In this document: in pieces, positions 29,265 to 43,767 of the stretch | How positions within the stretch are numbered: position 1 is the stretch's first letter | Layout of the letters: every line of letters begins with the position of its first letter | Assembly: GCF_964355755.1 (NCBI RefSeq) | Contig: NC_092672.1 | Location: 8,184,001-8,248,000, forward strand | Direction: 5' to 3' | From: Antedon mediterranea | Taxonomy: Eukaryota > Animalia > Echinodermata | DNA: 64,000 nucleotides | Position numbers and translations under genes: made by a program | Notes under the pieces: model-generated | Seen by the model: the letters and a program-made list of their open reading frames with translations, nothing else | The model's database searches: none | What the model was told of the DNA's origin: nothing

Positions 29265-29497
29265 CCAAGTTAATCTAACAACAGGATGCTGATCGCCTGA
29301 AATCAAAGTGTTTATCTGTGGCTGCGATGCGATCAGTTTCACGCCCCTTAACAACAGACACCGCGCGCCGCGGCGATTATTTGCATAGTACAATACTGTT
29401 GATATTTGCCGCAGCCATACATACGATCAAAGGACTGTTACAAGTTCCTATTTTTTGGCAAGACGAGCTCAGTGTCCTGTTGTTAGATTGCCTTGAT
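29265..29497. repeat. Fold-back / MITE-like inverted repeat upstream of the aGPCR A first coding exon
   Basis: AATCTAACAACAGGATGCTGA (29272-29292) pairs with TCAGTGTCCTGTTGTTAGATT (about 29469-29489). There is an inner pair GTGGCTGCG / CGCAGCCAT. Confidence 0.55.
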
Positions 29498-30395
29498 TAA
29501 ACATTACTTCCAATCATACAATTGAAAGAGTATCATTTGGAGTATGACACTACAGAGTACAAACTTCGCTTATACTAAAATACAAACCATTTTCATTTGA
29601 AGTTTCTTTATTCATTATAGAGAAATACAACTACAGAAATATGAATTAAAATCATAAATCGTATTACTATTGCACAACAATACATCAAATGTTGTCGTCA
29701 TACATTACTAGAAAATATTTGGGAAAGTTTTACAAGTTTTTTGTATAAACCTAGTAATAACTAAGTTAGAATAAAACATTACATGTATTGAATGAAACGA
29801 AAAACAGACCCACAGAAATACGTTAATCGTCTTCTGAGGGGATAAACAATAGGTATTACTTACCAGACCTTACGTCGGTGTTAGTCTGCAACGACTTCTA
29901 GGAGTCAAGTTAGTAGAAATTCATCTTTAAGCCTGTTTTAGACGAATTTATTCGCACGAATCAAAAACGTTGACTAATTCCAATGCCATTAATATTTTAC
30001 CTACTTGTTGTGACGTGGAGAAATTATTCAACCAATCAGAACTCATAAATGTATGATTTGAATATATAAGTGTGAGAGCGAACCACAAACAAATAATACG
30101 TCGTGTAGCAATGTATCTTTTAATGTTATGATATTACAATACATATCTTAGAGGTGTAAATATTAAACAAGAACTTATGAGGTGCACTGTGCAGCATTTT
30201 ACGCTAAATTGGAGAAAGCTATGTGACTGCTATTTTGTTGTCTGTTTTTTTTTATTTTATATTAATTAAATAGAAAATGTTTTCTGCTCTTAAGAGTTCT
30301 GTTCATTTCAGCCAGAAGTAAATGCAAAGTAAAAAATAATCAGTATTATAAACAACTACATTCTGCAATAATTTATGGCGTCGTTTATTCTTCTT

Positions 30396-33300
30396 TTACG
30401 TGCGACTGGTTTGTGTATTTGCAACTGTGTGTACTTGACCTTTTCTCCGATTCTTCCAATGTGTTTGAACCTGAAAATCACAAACCAAATCTTAACTTTA
30501 ATTACTAAATGAAAGAAATGATCGTGAAACAAAATTGGAATGAGATTCATTGGGGTTAAATTATAAAGAGTAAAATAGGAAAAAAATAAAAAAAATTCCG
30601 TACGAAATGTATTCCTCTTTTTGTAGCTTTTATGAGTGCAATAATGTAATTTTTGTTAGACTGCTTAATGGTATAATTAATGTCTGATTTCAAATTGCGT
30701 TTGGTATCTTCAATTTATTTATAACGTACTAAAGTTACGGGAGATCGGAACAATCATCTGATTTTCATAAGGTGTGTCATGTCTACAACAAGACTGCGTG
30801 ACCGGTACATATCCCACGCAAGAATAATCAACAATATCATACACAAACACAAATGAGTGAATTTTACATGACACATCACTTTACCTCGTTGTCCAACAAA
30901 CAGTAGACAATGAATATAAACACGCCTTGAAACGAGTTCAATATCACAAACAAATACTGCATGAAGAGGGATTCCCCATTTACAGAAAGTGGTCCAAAAA
31001 TCCACGTGACACCCAGAATAGGGACTAGAAATACAGCGCCCTTCACTGACTTTCTAAACGAAAATAAGAAATTAATTTTCTTTTAAAGTGAAAGTAGAAA
31101 TGCATTATTAACCCTGGCTAACTTATTATTAGTTACGATACTTTTCTAACTGAAGAATTTAACATTTTAAGTATCGGGGTTTTTTTTTAAGTAAAAGGCT
31201 TTTTCCAAGTTAACACTAAACAACATTAAGTTTAGTTTACTTATAAAGCAAGCTGATGAATTAAGGGGGTGAAGAGCATGTGATCCTCAAACGAACAACA
31301 TGTAGTAGCTCGGATTTTACAAACAAAAGTTAGGTAGATAACATTTTTAAGACTGATAATAATTGTAATTTGTACGTGCACATAGACGCTCTATGCCTGA
31401 TTATTATTTTGTTCGGCAATGTGCACCGCTTGCTCTAAATCTGACATTTTAAATTGCCAGTAAATCGTCTTAGATATAGAGGGCTGAATGACGTTACCTC
31501 AGCTGCCTGTGATCCTCTGTTTCACTTCTCCCCATTCTTAAATTTGTTCCAGCTCGTTGATAAATAATGCGAACCATCATAACCAGAATCACCATGCTAA
31601 ACTTTAAATCAAGTTATAACTATTATTTTGTAGAGGTCAGCATCTTTCTGAAGCTGTCTAAACTATCAAAATACACAAAAAAATGTGATGCGCCCATATA
31701 TGGACATAATGATGTCATATCACTACCATATTTGGGAACATCGCACTTTATTTTCTAGTTTGATAGTGTTGACAGAGCTTTAGGCAAAAGCACATTTATA
31801 TCAGAGGGGTTGAGAGGTGCGCGTCATCATTTTGTGTTTTTATTCAAATTAATTGAATATTGAACTATTATATTAAGAAAAAATAAGAAGCTTTTTTACA
31901 GAGTAGTTGATTCTTTAGGCAACAAGCCTGCAATTTATTGAACTAGATTTGTTATTCCAACGTTCATAAAATGCTGGTATTTGTCAGTGTAAGATAATTT
32001 TCCTTGTACAGTATAGACCTATATAGAATATACTGTGCAGATTTATAAAAATGAAATTCACTTGTGAGTCAAATGAAGTATTTGTTAAGTTTTCTGCAAA
32101 AATAGAAAATAAAAATGGTAAAACTTACCAAAATGATTATTGATGCTGGAAAAACTATACACCAATTAGATTGTGTATCCAACCAACAGCTAGGAAAATA
32201 TAAAGTATGTATTTATTGAGAAAGTAAATTCAATGAGAACCTGTTTTGAATCTTGCTTATAAAGGTAGGCCTACAGATCCTTACATCTTGTGACTGATAC
32301 ATTTATACCAATCTAAATGCAATTTACCCATGTAGATTTAACAATGTAATTCGATTTTCTATCAACCTGTTTTTACTTTAGGCCTACTGTTAATAATAAT
32401 TTATGTTACTAATCTTAGTAGGCATTGTTTATCAGAAATAAATTAAACCTAAACAATAAATAGTATTGTTGTTTATACTTACTAATCATTTCCGTATGAG
32501 TCGTATTTGAATATTGCGACTGGTGTGACTAAAATAACTGGCACCAAATAACAGAACAATATATAATTCCTCAGTCTGTTGTGTCGGCTTGGTGTTCGGT
32601 AAATCACCTTGAATGCAAGAAATACAGCTTCACCAAACATCCAAAAAAATATGTTCATCAGAAGAAGGTACAGACACACTGAAGTAACCTTACAGAATAT
32701 CTGAAATAAATGTTGTTTTGATTTGTATCATTAATAGCCATAAATCTGGAAAGTACAAATTATGGCATCATGTAACACAACTGCAAGTACAGGACACAAA
32801 TACAACGAAACGACACACCAAAAGCAGGAAAGTCTAAACTTAATGATTTCTTCCATAGCTAGCTGTCACGACCACCACAAAATTGATTTCTTTCTTTATT
32901 TATCCAAAAATTAAAAACAAACAAAAAAACAAACAAATACATAAATATAACATTATAATTTAAAAAAAAAACCATTTAAATAGTTGGATAAAAAGGAAGA
33001 AGAAAAAGGCAACTTCATGCCTATCTAGCTCAACTTTCTGTATAAATAATATTTCAATTTTATTCAAATCAAACAAATCATATTATGATAAATTCAATTA
33101 CTAATAAATAATAGTATAATAGTAATAATAATTAATAATAGATGTAGATATGTATAAATATATATATATTCTCATTCTCCCAAAAAATACATTTTGATAT
33201 AAAATATAGTGTAAACTAAAACATTTTCTAGTCATTTCTATTTGAAGAGAACCTCGTATCTCAATTACAAGCAATGTGAATACATATTTAAAATTTGACT

Positions 33301-36300
33301 TTTAACGAATTCCCTTATGGAAGAAGTCTTACGTTATGTTATTGCTTATGATGGAAATGTAGCCTTTTTAAAACTAAGCATATATTGAGTAAATAACTAA
33401 TATGGATGAATTAGTTTAGCCTTGATCATGGTAAACAATTTTCACCAGTTATTATTATATTGTTACTATTTACCATTGTGATATTCACATTCATTTATTT
33501 TTTACTCATCCTTTATAATATATTTTCATAGCATAAATGATGGCAAGGATCCTGCATAGAGAAGTTTGTACTTCTGTTTTCGCAGGACCCTTTTACATAA
33601 AAAAAACATAAAACAATAAACACAACATAATAGGTATAAAATAAAACAAAAAATATTTCCTAAATACATTTTAGAGTTGTTCATCATCAAAAGTGATAGT
33701 GTTTTTCTAACATGATTATTTATACATTTATTTTCTTAAAATGAAGATATTCAGTTTATTACTTCCAGTACATATGAATTTTTTCTTTATATATTATAGC
33801 AAGAGTATGAATACATATAATATAAAACAGGCTATGTGTGTACATTGTTTGTAATGATGTAAATAGTCAAGAGATCTGTTGGTTTAACCATGTAAAAATA
33901 ACATATTTCTCCATTGTTTAACATTGATTATCAACTGAATTCAAATAAACTCACCGTGTACTCAATTTTGTCAATGCCGATTAGAAACAATGTATAGAAA
34001 GCAATCATGTTTGCAATCAAGTTCTTATGAATATTGTTCCGAAGAGACTTCCATAAACCTCTAACATAAATACATATTAATGAGATTATTAAAAATTAAA
34101 GTAGAGTAGAGTAAATAACTAATTTCAAAACAAGTAGGCCTACTCATAAATTTGGAATATATATTAATACAAGTAAATATAATACTTCCAATAATATAAG
34201 CTTTATTAAATAAATATAAAACAGTATCAAAACAGTATCGGAACCAATAATATTACCAAAGACAACGTTTATTTACCAAAGACACATTTACTTAACCAAT
34301 AATATTACCAAAGACACTCTGGAGTTTAACACACACAGAGGCGTCAACATCACTAGGTGATGTGAAATGGGTACGAGTACACACAGAAATTGACAAATAA
34401 TCAAAGAATATAAAATCTTACTTAAGTAGAACATATACAGTTTCAGTTATTGTTAGTAGAATTATGGACATGATTAATCCAATTGTAGTAAGAGCGGAAA
34501 GAGCCTCTTCGTGAATAGATTCAGTCTGAAATTACATTGACAATTTTAAACAGAACAACGGGAAAAGAAAAAAAAAGACATTAATATCATAGTATTAGGC
34601 CTACTGTACTGTAGTTTATTAGTAGTAAATTAAAAAGTTGTTCTTTTAGTTAGTGAAGTTAAGCTACTTAAGTAGGCCTAGGAGTGACATAATTAGACTA
34701 CCTCATATGATGTGACTTGCATCAACACTCCAAAACTTGTCAGGTGATCACATCTACATACAGCCCATGTGACATTGATGTTGACAACATAACACCCGGA
34801 TGTTGACCAGTTTCTATAATTATTACAATTATAATAGCTGTATAAATTGTTTATTCTAATCAAGTTAATCATCTTACAGAAGAAAATGGCATTTTTTTTG
34901 TTATTCTAAGACATGCTTATGTGCAAGTTTTGCATAAATGGTGTTATTAACAGTATGTGGAAAGTTAGGCCTACCAATAGTTTCATACGTATAATCTTTA
35001 TATCACAAGTTTTCAGAAAAAAATCAAAATGCCGACTGGTGGACAACTATAGACTTGGGGAAGTCTAGAGGAAACGTAGCAAGCTGGAGTAGTAAGTGGT
35101 AGTAGTTGAGTATAATGATAATAATGTTATCTTACTGGGAATTAAGATTGATGAATCCACACACGTACGTTACATTATAATTCATCGACATCACAGATTC
35201 GATTAAATCGTCATCAGTTTCTAAAACCTGTTTATAATAATAGTAATATTACATAATAGGCCACTCAATCGATGATTAATTTGTTTTATTATTATAATTA
35301 TTTTTTAGGAGATTTTTGTGCCACGATAGCCCGATAGCCCGTGGCTTCACACTTTAGACATCCAATTCAAAAGAAAAGGTTTTTTTTTATTATTCAAAGT
35401 GATGTTTTATTGGAGAGGCGTTTATTCAAATGAATACCATCCTAATAATTATTAATACATTATTTAATTTAATCATCTTTTGAAACTAACTGCCGTGACA
35501 GAGTGGGCCCAAGAAAGAAGACATTATGGTACGGCTTGCAACATGGGCAGACATCTCGGTCCTAACGGGACACAGGAAGATAGCCTACAGTTATTCCTGA
35601 AAGCTTACTCAATAAAACTCAGCTATCGGGATTTCACTCGAAAAATGTCTTATCATCAAATCTCCCTATGTAATTTTATAATACTATTCCCCACAATATA
35701 TTCTGATTCTTTATGGCGTATATTTAATTTGATCTTTATTAATTTGCAGTATAATTCCTATTATTTAACTACTGTACCTTCACACACGCGCGGTATGTTT
35801 TAAAATAAACAAAAAACTGAAATGGCTATGATTAATGGCCAACCAACAATAGCGTCGGCGTGAACACTAATGTTATCAAATCTACGTTTCGCGGTACATC
35901 TCGGATAGATAAGGTAGGTATTCAAGGCGGAGATTTGTACCGAAGTTTTTGCATTGTGCTCGCCTATGTCAGAATTAACCATAATTTATATATAGATACC
36001 TGTATAATCAATATTTAACTCTTTTTTATTGTGTTTTGTTAGTTTCGTTTTGATTCGTATATGTTATTTTTTTAAGATCTTTTCTTTTAAATTTATGTTT
36101 AGTATTAATATGAATAGGCCTATGAGTGTGAAATAAGAACCTATACCTGTATGGTATATTCCACTCTCGTGTCTACCGCAGTGTTATTAACGTCATAGGT
36201 TGATATTGAAAGTAATCCAGAATGTAGATATACCTCGTTGCTGAAATTAAAATATTTATATTGTTATTATTATCATATTAAAATATTATAACTGTCAATC

Positions 36301-39300
36301 AATACCATTATGATACGGTAATTAACTTATTGATGGGATTGGACAGTACCAAAGAAACAGTAATTACAAATTAGAATTTAATTCGTCACTTTGAAGAATT
36401 ATAGGTGATCGTTTTTATACTTTTACTGGCATTTATTTTTTTTTAATATGCATTTTTTTACGTCAAATATGTACACGAATTCATATCTACAACTCAAAGG
36501 CTTCCAGAATAAGTTAAACGAGTGGGGGGTCAACCTGCATTCTGAAGAATAATTATTGTCTTATTTTGTTACCACCTTAAACACCTTTGTACAATAATGT
36601 GCGCATCTTTTCATTTTTAACCTGCTCGTATAGCTCTATTTGAAGTTAGAATGGACTATTTTTACGCTTTCTAAGTACAGTATCGTGCGCGCAAAAACGT
36701 CATTGTTTAAAATGGTCAAAACGTAATTTTGAGCATTTTAAATTATACGTATACGCTTTTATTTGCTAATATTTTTATCCTTGACCTGAAGTTTATGTAT
36801 AGTGAATATGATTGGATCGAGTAATAGAGATATAACTAATTATATGTTATTTCACAAAAATGGCGTATAGATGACGTCACGAATGAGTGATTACGCTTAA
36901 AAGCTTATTATGGATAATTTCATTATGAAAAAGATATTGTGAAAATTTAAAAACCATTGAGATTGAAGTTTTTCAGATAATCGAATAAATCTATACAGAA
37001 AGAAATAAATACGAAGAAGAATAGGAGATCGAAATGATGACCTAATTAAAGATTTGGTATTATTCGTAATCACAATAGAGAGGTTTCGCAATCTTACGAA
37101 TACGATAACGAAAACGGATACGTCACGCACACGTATTCGTTTTCGTAAGCCATAAAAAAAATCTGTTTCGCATGGCAACGAAATATTGAGGCGCGTCCAA
37201 AATATGACTGCGGTAAATTTGAGCGAAGCTCAGGTACGTGTTGCTTGGTGCTTGGCTGCCTAGGCCTAGCTTAACATCAAAGCGAGTGAGGACTTTAAAA
37301 ACTGCTATTTATCTAAATTGACCTGCCATTTTAGTAAATTACTTTCAATAAATCTATAATTATATTATAATCATGAATCATTCCTAATTCAAATGCAAAA
37401 TGTGCAAAATAGATCAAAAACTATACTCGTTTTGTAGTTACGAATATAGAGAGGTTTCGCAATCTTACGAATACGATAACGAAAACGGATACGTCATACC
37501 TTTGTGATATTCGTCACGAATACTCTTTACGAATATGAAATGGGGATCAGCTCAAAAGTTTCACAAATGTATGACGTATCCGTTTTCGTTATCGTATTCG
37601 TAAGGTTGCGAAACCTCCCTAATACTGAATACTGAATACTGAAATGCTTTATTTGTCCATCATCATCATAAAATAACAACAGAAATTCTTCTTGAAGATT
37701 GACAATTATTACTACAATAATAAATAGATATACAATATAATATATTATGTACACACACATAATTGCACAAAAAATATAAGTTATGAAACACGGTGTAAAA
37801 ATGACTAGGTATTAAAATTGAATAGGATTCAGGAGATTAAAATAGTTTAAAACAGCTTTAAAAGGATTAAAAACAGCTTTAAAAACAGCTTATGGTTTAT
37901 AAACTACCAATCAAACCGACTCGATCAAATTAAGCGATGGTGGTTTGAAAAGATGATCGGTATACTTTATATGTTCATAGTTATTATTCTTATACAGGTT
38001 ACTTTTTTATTTTTTTATTTTTTGTCTTTAGGCAATGTGGCCAAGGATTACCAATAGTGAATTAATCACTGTCCTATCAGATAGGTGGTAATCCCCCTGA
38101 TACAGGGGCTATTGTGTGAACCAGTTCACCGGGGTAACCCCCTACTCTTTTTCGAATAATGAACTGGGTTCTTTTAAAGTACACACAGGTTATAACGGTG
38201 TACACTGGACCTACGGTTTATAGTCCTTATCCGAGAAGACTTGTTCCACCACCAGAACTAGGAGCGAGTCGGCCTCGAACCCTTGCCGATGTTGTTGTTG
38301 GCTCTTTAGGTACGGTAAAGGATTTTTTTTTTTATATTAACAGGTAAAAAATCCATGCAATTGAGTAATAGTTCATTACCTTGTAATATTCTCGCTTAGT
38401 TGTGGTGTACGTAGGAAATCATACTCCCAAAATAAAGCAACTATTGTTACTTCCCCTGAAAAATATAAATTCATTAATGACGATGATAATGATTTAATTC
38501 AATGATATTTATTCATTGATCCTTCATAAGCCGGTCTTCAAGCCTACATAACACACCTATTGCCTTCTTCCCGTACCCAATATGCCCACTAAATAGGTTA
38601 GGTAATATATATCGTTAGACAAAAAGAAAAAGATGACAGGCTGATGGTGTGATACAAGATACATTTAAACCTTTATTTTCACTTATTATCACAGTAAAAT
38701 ATTTTCCAGATCCAACACACTATAATTATTGGTCGATGATGACACAAATATACAAAGGTTAAAAACAAGCAAAACAAGAATATCGATAAAAATTGACAAC
38801 AATAATGTGTGTAAAATCTTGAGTAAATTTCCATAGTCTATTTTGCAGGTCGTATACGGCAAGATTTGTTTATATGAATTATCAATGCAATTTGGAAAGG
38901 TCTGTAATAATTATAATATTAGTAATATTTCTTAATAATAATCATACAACAACCATTGTAAACACTCACGTACCTATGTAGTTGAATCCAAGATTGAGTG
39001 AAATGTTGCTGAACGTTAAAGATGTTGAGTAGTTGTCTGTGTCCACTACGGTGACTATTGAAACAATCCCTTCTACAAAAGTAAAGCAGGGAAGAGTGAA
39101 ATTACTTACATGCTATAAAACATTTTTATACGTTTGTTTTATAGCTATATTTAAAAAAACTGTTTTACTTAGATTAGCATTATCTATTTCGAGTGAATCC
39201 ATTTCGGTAATTTCTCGAGAATGTTGCACAATGGTATCCAATTCAACTGCACTGTTTGCAATTTCAAACTCAGTCTGAAATGTGTTAAAATGAGAAAGGT

Positions 39301-42288
39301 TCCATAAGGTGACATCAGGTGGGTGAGTTATCAAATAGCCATAATATAAATTTGCTTTAAGTTAACATTGTAGTATTTCTAAGAAATGTAATTGATATGC
39401 CCGGTTTATCTTAAGCTCTGTCTACACTATCAAACTGTATGTGACATAAAAATGTGATGTGCTCATATATGGACATGGTGATGTTATATCACTAACATAT
39501 TTGGGCACATCACACTTTTTTGTCAAACTAGTTTGATAGTGTAGGCAGAGCTTTAGTCTATCAAAGTTAATGATATTTCAAGCAATCTTACTTAATATTG
39601 TTATAGTGAAATTTCTTTTTAGGACGCATCACGCGACTACGCAGATTATTGAGTCTCTAGCAGTCATGCATATCTAAGCGTGCGCAGAATGACTTTTCGA
39701 CAGCTATGTAGTCAAGTCAAGGTTGCTGTAACATTACTTACGAATGCTGCACCGATGTTAGGTTGTTTAGAAAAGTTCACAATACAAACTGCCGACGTCT
39801 TATTGTTTGAATGGCATGCTGATACTGGATAACAATCTGAAATAACTTTACTAATTAAATAATAGACCTACGAAAACCTTTATTTATTTGATTGTAAAAC
39901 ATCTACAGCATTTCTCAAGTCTTCAGACTAGAGTCAACAAACAGAAGCCATAAAGTAAAAACCGTTTAGTTGGAGTAAAGCATCATTCTAAATCAGCATG
40001 CTGTTTAAAAGCCTTTAAAGCACACTATTTTGTGATATAGTGCGTTATAGTATGATTGTCGTTCATTCATATTTTTTTTTCTACTCTATTGAGATAATAA
40101 TTTAAAATAACCATTTGGTAGCTGGGACGTCCTACGGAAACTCACCTTCAACGAAGATTGAAAAGGAGCTCGAACCGGTGTCATTCCAAATAATCATGCT
40201 ATTTAAAAGCCTTCAAAGGACACTATTTTGTGATATAGTGCGTTATAGTATGATTGTTATTCATTCATATCTGTTTTCTACACCATTGAGATAAAATAAT
40301 GATTTGGTAGCTGGGACGTTTTATTCCTATGTAAACTCACCTTCAACGAAGACGGAAAAGGAGCACGAAATGGTGTCGTCACATCCTACTATTTTTGTCG
40401 TAACGTTTACAAGCGTTTCTCCAATAGGAAACAATGATCCATTTTCGTGGGTTGTTTCGAATTCTCCGGCTTCGATGTGAAAGACTTCTGCGGGTTCCCA
40501 AGTTACGTATGCTTCGTTTAGTATGTAATCGGCACATTCAGTTACGTTATTAGGACACTCGATAAAAGCCGTAACTACTATAATAATAATAATAATAATA
40601 TAATGTCAATAAATAAATAAATGTTGATGCATATGAGAAATAATAATTATACATACAATTAAGGTAATGGTAAGTGCAAAGTGACGTCACTTATTAACTC
40701 TTTAACCCTGTTAATGACAAATGATCAAATCAGGGGGACAATACATCTTTAAGCTATTCGTATCATTTTTTTGTCAACATTTTTGTTTTTGTTCGGTGTT
40801 TTATATTGTTTCTTGTTCTAATATGACAATACTGTAACGTTGATGAGAGTCAATAAAATAATGTTCAAATATACAAACAAGAAGGCCTAATTGAAATATG
40901 GATTTTCCCCTAAAAAATGAAAAATAAAGATGAATAAACTGAAATTTTGAATATGCCAGTTTTTAATCATAAAAAAAAAATAAAACTAATAAAAATAAAC
41001 GGTTTAATAAAACATTTAATAAAAAAAAACCCATTGCCTGATAGCAGTCAATGGGCTTCCGGTTGATTAATTCTTTCCCATTTTTAAATTACGGATTTTG
41101 GAGGGGTTTTTTCGATCCATTCTGTAATCAACATGAATAACTAGTATGTGATTCAACAAAACAATTTTGAAAAGGTTATTTTCTTTAAGATTACCTGTTG
41201 AGGTGCATTCATATGTAATATTCATGTACTTGTAAGTTCCCTTGCATTTGTCAACAAAAGCATTACTAGATTCAATTATACATTCATCATAATGGTTACA
41301 ACGATCAGTGATGTTGGTTAGAACGTCATTTATACAGTTTGTGTCGCTGGTTCTTTCGTCATTACAGAAATGATCCGGTTCCGTTCGACCATAGTTGGCA
41401 GATTCCACGACGATTGTCTTTGAACAGTTACATCTCAACTCATCAGTTTTCCCTTCACATATTATTTTGTTTCTTGACGCTGTGTGAAAACAACAGTTAC
41501 AAATTATATCGATAGACATAATTAAACAATATCAACATTATAAAGAAAAAAGATAAAAATCTATTGTGTATGGCTTGCAACCAATTTTAACACATTTAAA
41601 CATTTTTTGATTGATCATCAAATATTTAATGTTCATCTGGTTTCTGTTGATAACACAATTTTTGTTGTTGATGAGCATAGTTAGGATCTCCTGGCAAATT
41701 CACGGATTTCAGAGGGGCAGGTGATTTAACCGATGTGTCGTCGGTCGTCGCCTGGACCTAGAAACCATCAAACCTGTGTTGAAGCAGGAAGTGAGGAAAC
41801 ACTTCCCAATCCCAATATCTCCGCATGCGCATAATGAATTAACAAAAATGAATTAACATGACATAGTTTGGTCGTCGGTCGAAAGCTCCCTATTATTGAG
41901 TTTAAAAGTATTAGGTTTTATAGAATTTGTCCGATTATTATTATTTCTATTGATTAACTCTAAGAATAACAAGAATTTGTGAATCGGTCAGTTATACAAT
42001 ATATTTTTACTTTGTTTGTTGAAGTTTCTACGTATTCTATCTTCAGCATGTCTCTCTTCGATTATCCGGCAGTACATTATTTAAAATATGAGGCCTATTA
42101 CTGTTTTTATTTTTATATTATTAAATTCAAATAAGCCTACTATACATATAGTTGCTGTATATAACATTTATTGTTTTTTTTTAATCAAAAGAGCCTAAAT
42201 CATTATCATTATCATCATCATAATTACCTTCGACAGAGTAGCATGTATACAAAGTCAACATCAATGCCATATATCCAGTAATAAACAT
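30396..42288 (-). CDS. Adhesion GPCR B: signal peptide-SUEL (Gal_lectin)-HYR-GAIN/GPS-7TM, about 696 aa, 17 coding exons
   Basis: Exons: 42228-42288 (SP MFITGYMALMLTLYTCYSVE), 41195-41479 (CEG..ANYGR..DKCKGTYKYM), 40341-40574 (HYR), 39742-39836, 39169-39274, 38974-39072, 38380-38455, 36147-36240, 35136-35227, 34702-34813 (CRCDHLTSFGVLMQ), 34422-34525, 33955-34060, 32483-32700, 32129-32189, 31498-31601, 30885-31053, 30396-30470. The sum is 2091 nt and intron phases match gene A. Confidence 0.88.
37448..37620. mobile_element. MITE (Harbinger-like) with a TIR of about 50 bp; solo left arm at about 37077-37125
   Basis: AGAGAGGTTTCGCAATCTTACGAATACGATAACGAAAACGGATACGTCATAC at the left and its near-perfect reverse complement ending AAACCTCCCT at the right. 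Confidence 0.8.
38010..38300 (-). mobile_element. Deu/Nin-domain SINE (second family)
   Basis: The minus strand has a GGGTTCGAG B box, then GTCTTCTCGGATAAGGACTATAAACCGTAGGTCC..AAAAGAACCCAGTTCATTATTCGAAAAAGAGTAGGGGG. Confidence 0.7.
39411..39555. mobile_element. High-copy MITE family of about 150 bp (representative copy)
   Basis: TIR AAGCTCTGTCTACACTATCAAACT..AGTTTGATAGTGTAG(A/G)CAGAGCTT. Other copies: about 146-256, 6300-6426, 10944-11100, 31650-31782, 43011-43378 (interrupted by an (ACTATG)n-tailed insert), 49547-49706 and 50477-50627. Confidence 0.85.
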
Positions 42289-43767
42289 TCTCAAACCACT
42301 CTTGGCTCGGAGTACAGAATTGCATTAATTAATCAAATATATCTAGAAATTAAAAAAATCATTAACTAAAAAAGTTTGATCTCTATGCATGGTTTTGACA
42401 TACACTTACGTATACTTCGAATATATGAAATAATTAGAGTATAAGGCACTTTAAACTATCATATCTTTTGTGTGATTGAAACTCATTATGTATTTATTCG
42501 TATTTTATTAAAAGGTAGCTTCGGTATAAATTGTCTAGTGCCTATTAAAATATAAACCTTTCCAACAATGATGATAACCCATACTTCGTCATGTAAACGG
42601 GCGTCTTAAAATAAGCAGCCTTTTTTAAGTGGCGCTACAGGACATAATGTTATAAGATAGGAAACTCATCAGAATTGACTGCCGGCCATATTTGAGGCAT
42701 TTTTCTATAGTGTAGTATATAAATTGATATTACATAGGAAAATACGATCAGTTACGTGATTAACGATTGTTAAAGTCAATACAATCTTGTATATGTTTTG
42801 AAATGGAAAAAAAAGTCAATAAGATTCCTATTTGAAAGAAGAATTAAGAAAATTAAACAATATAAATTTTAAACTCGGAACTACCCTTTACATTCTTCAG
42901 CAAAGTACCGACACATTGATTGAACAAGCTAGAAATAAATAATAGTTTCATTCTCAATGGCAACTTTATAAAAAGATAAACATTGATGGTGTCTGTATGC
43001 GGATAATTCTTAAGCCCTGTCTATACTATAAAAATGTCCCAAGAAATGTGATGATGTCATATCACTACCATATTTGAACATATCACTACCATATTTGAAC
43101 ATATCCCTACCATATACAGAGTACAAAGGTAAAATGTAACCGATAATTTTTATCTAATTTTAACAATTTTTAGCCTCTTAACTTTTTGTGTGTGTTTTTG
43201 TAAATTGTATTTTATATTTTTGTATTTTGCCAGTTTTCAAATCACATTTCTGTTTTTTAAATGGACAATAAAGTATATATGACTATGACTATGACTATAT
43301 TTGAACATATTACTGCCACTATTTGGGTACATCACACGTTTTTTGTCAAATGAGTTTGAGTGTAGACAAAGCTTTAAAGCCTATTTTTCTAAAATAATTT
43401 CAGTTGATTCCTATAGTACCGTATGTACAGTAGTTATACAATACTGTATATATAATATGTTTGGTAAAATAAATGGGTTGAAAATTCGAAAATAAATCTG
43501 ATAAGAAAGGCTTTTTAGTTTATTGAAAGAATAAAATTATGTTAGCTATTGTGGATTTTTTTTTTGTATTGTTAGTTATTGTGCCGATACCACATTATTA
43601 TTTTACGAATCTATATTTGTTTATAATAACTTTAAATTAAGCCATGGATCTTGTGATCATAATTTGATTCAGGTTTTAATATAAAATAAATAAAATAAAT
43701 TATACTAAAAATCAATTTGACTTTTTTATTCAATGGCGAGAGTATAAATAGCAAATATTATACTTAC

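Noticed and set aside
13529-42288. Assigning ADGRL/latrophilin gene symbols to the aGPCRs
   Set aside because: They lack olfactomedin and HormR domains and have very short C-tails; orthology cannot be shown without a phylogeny.
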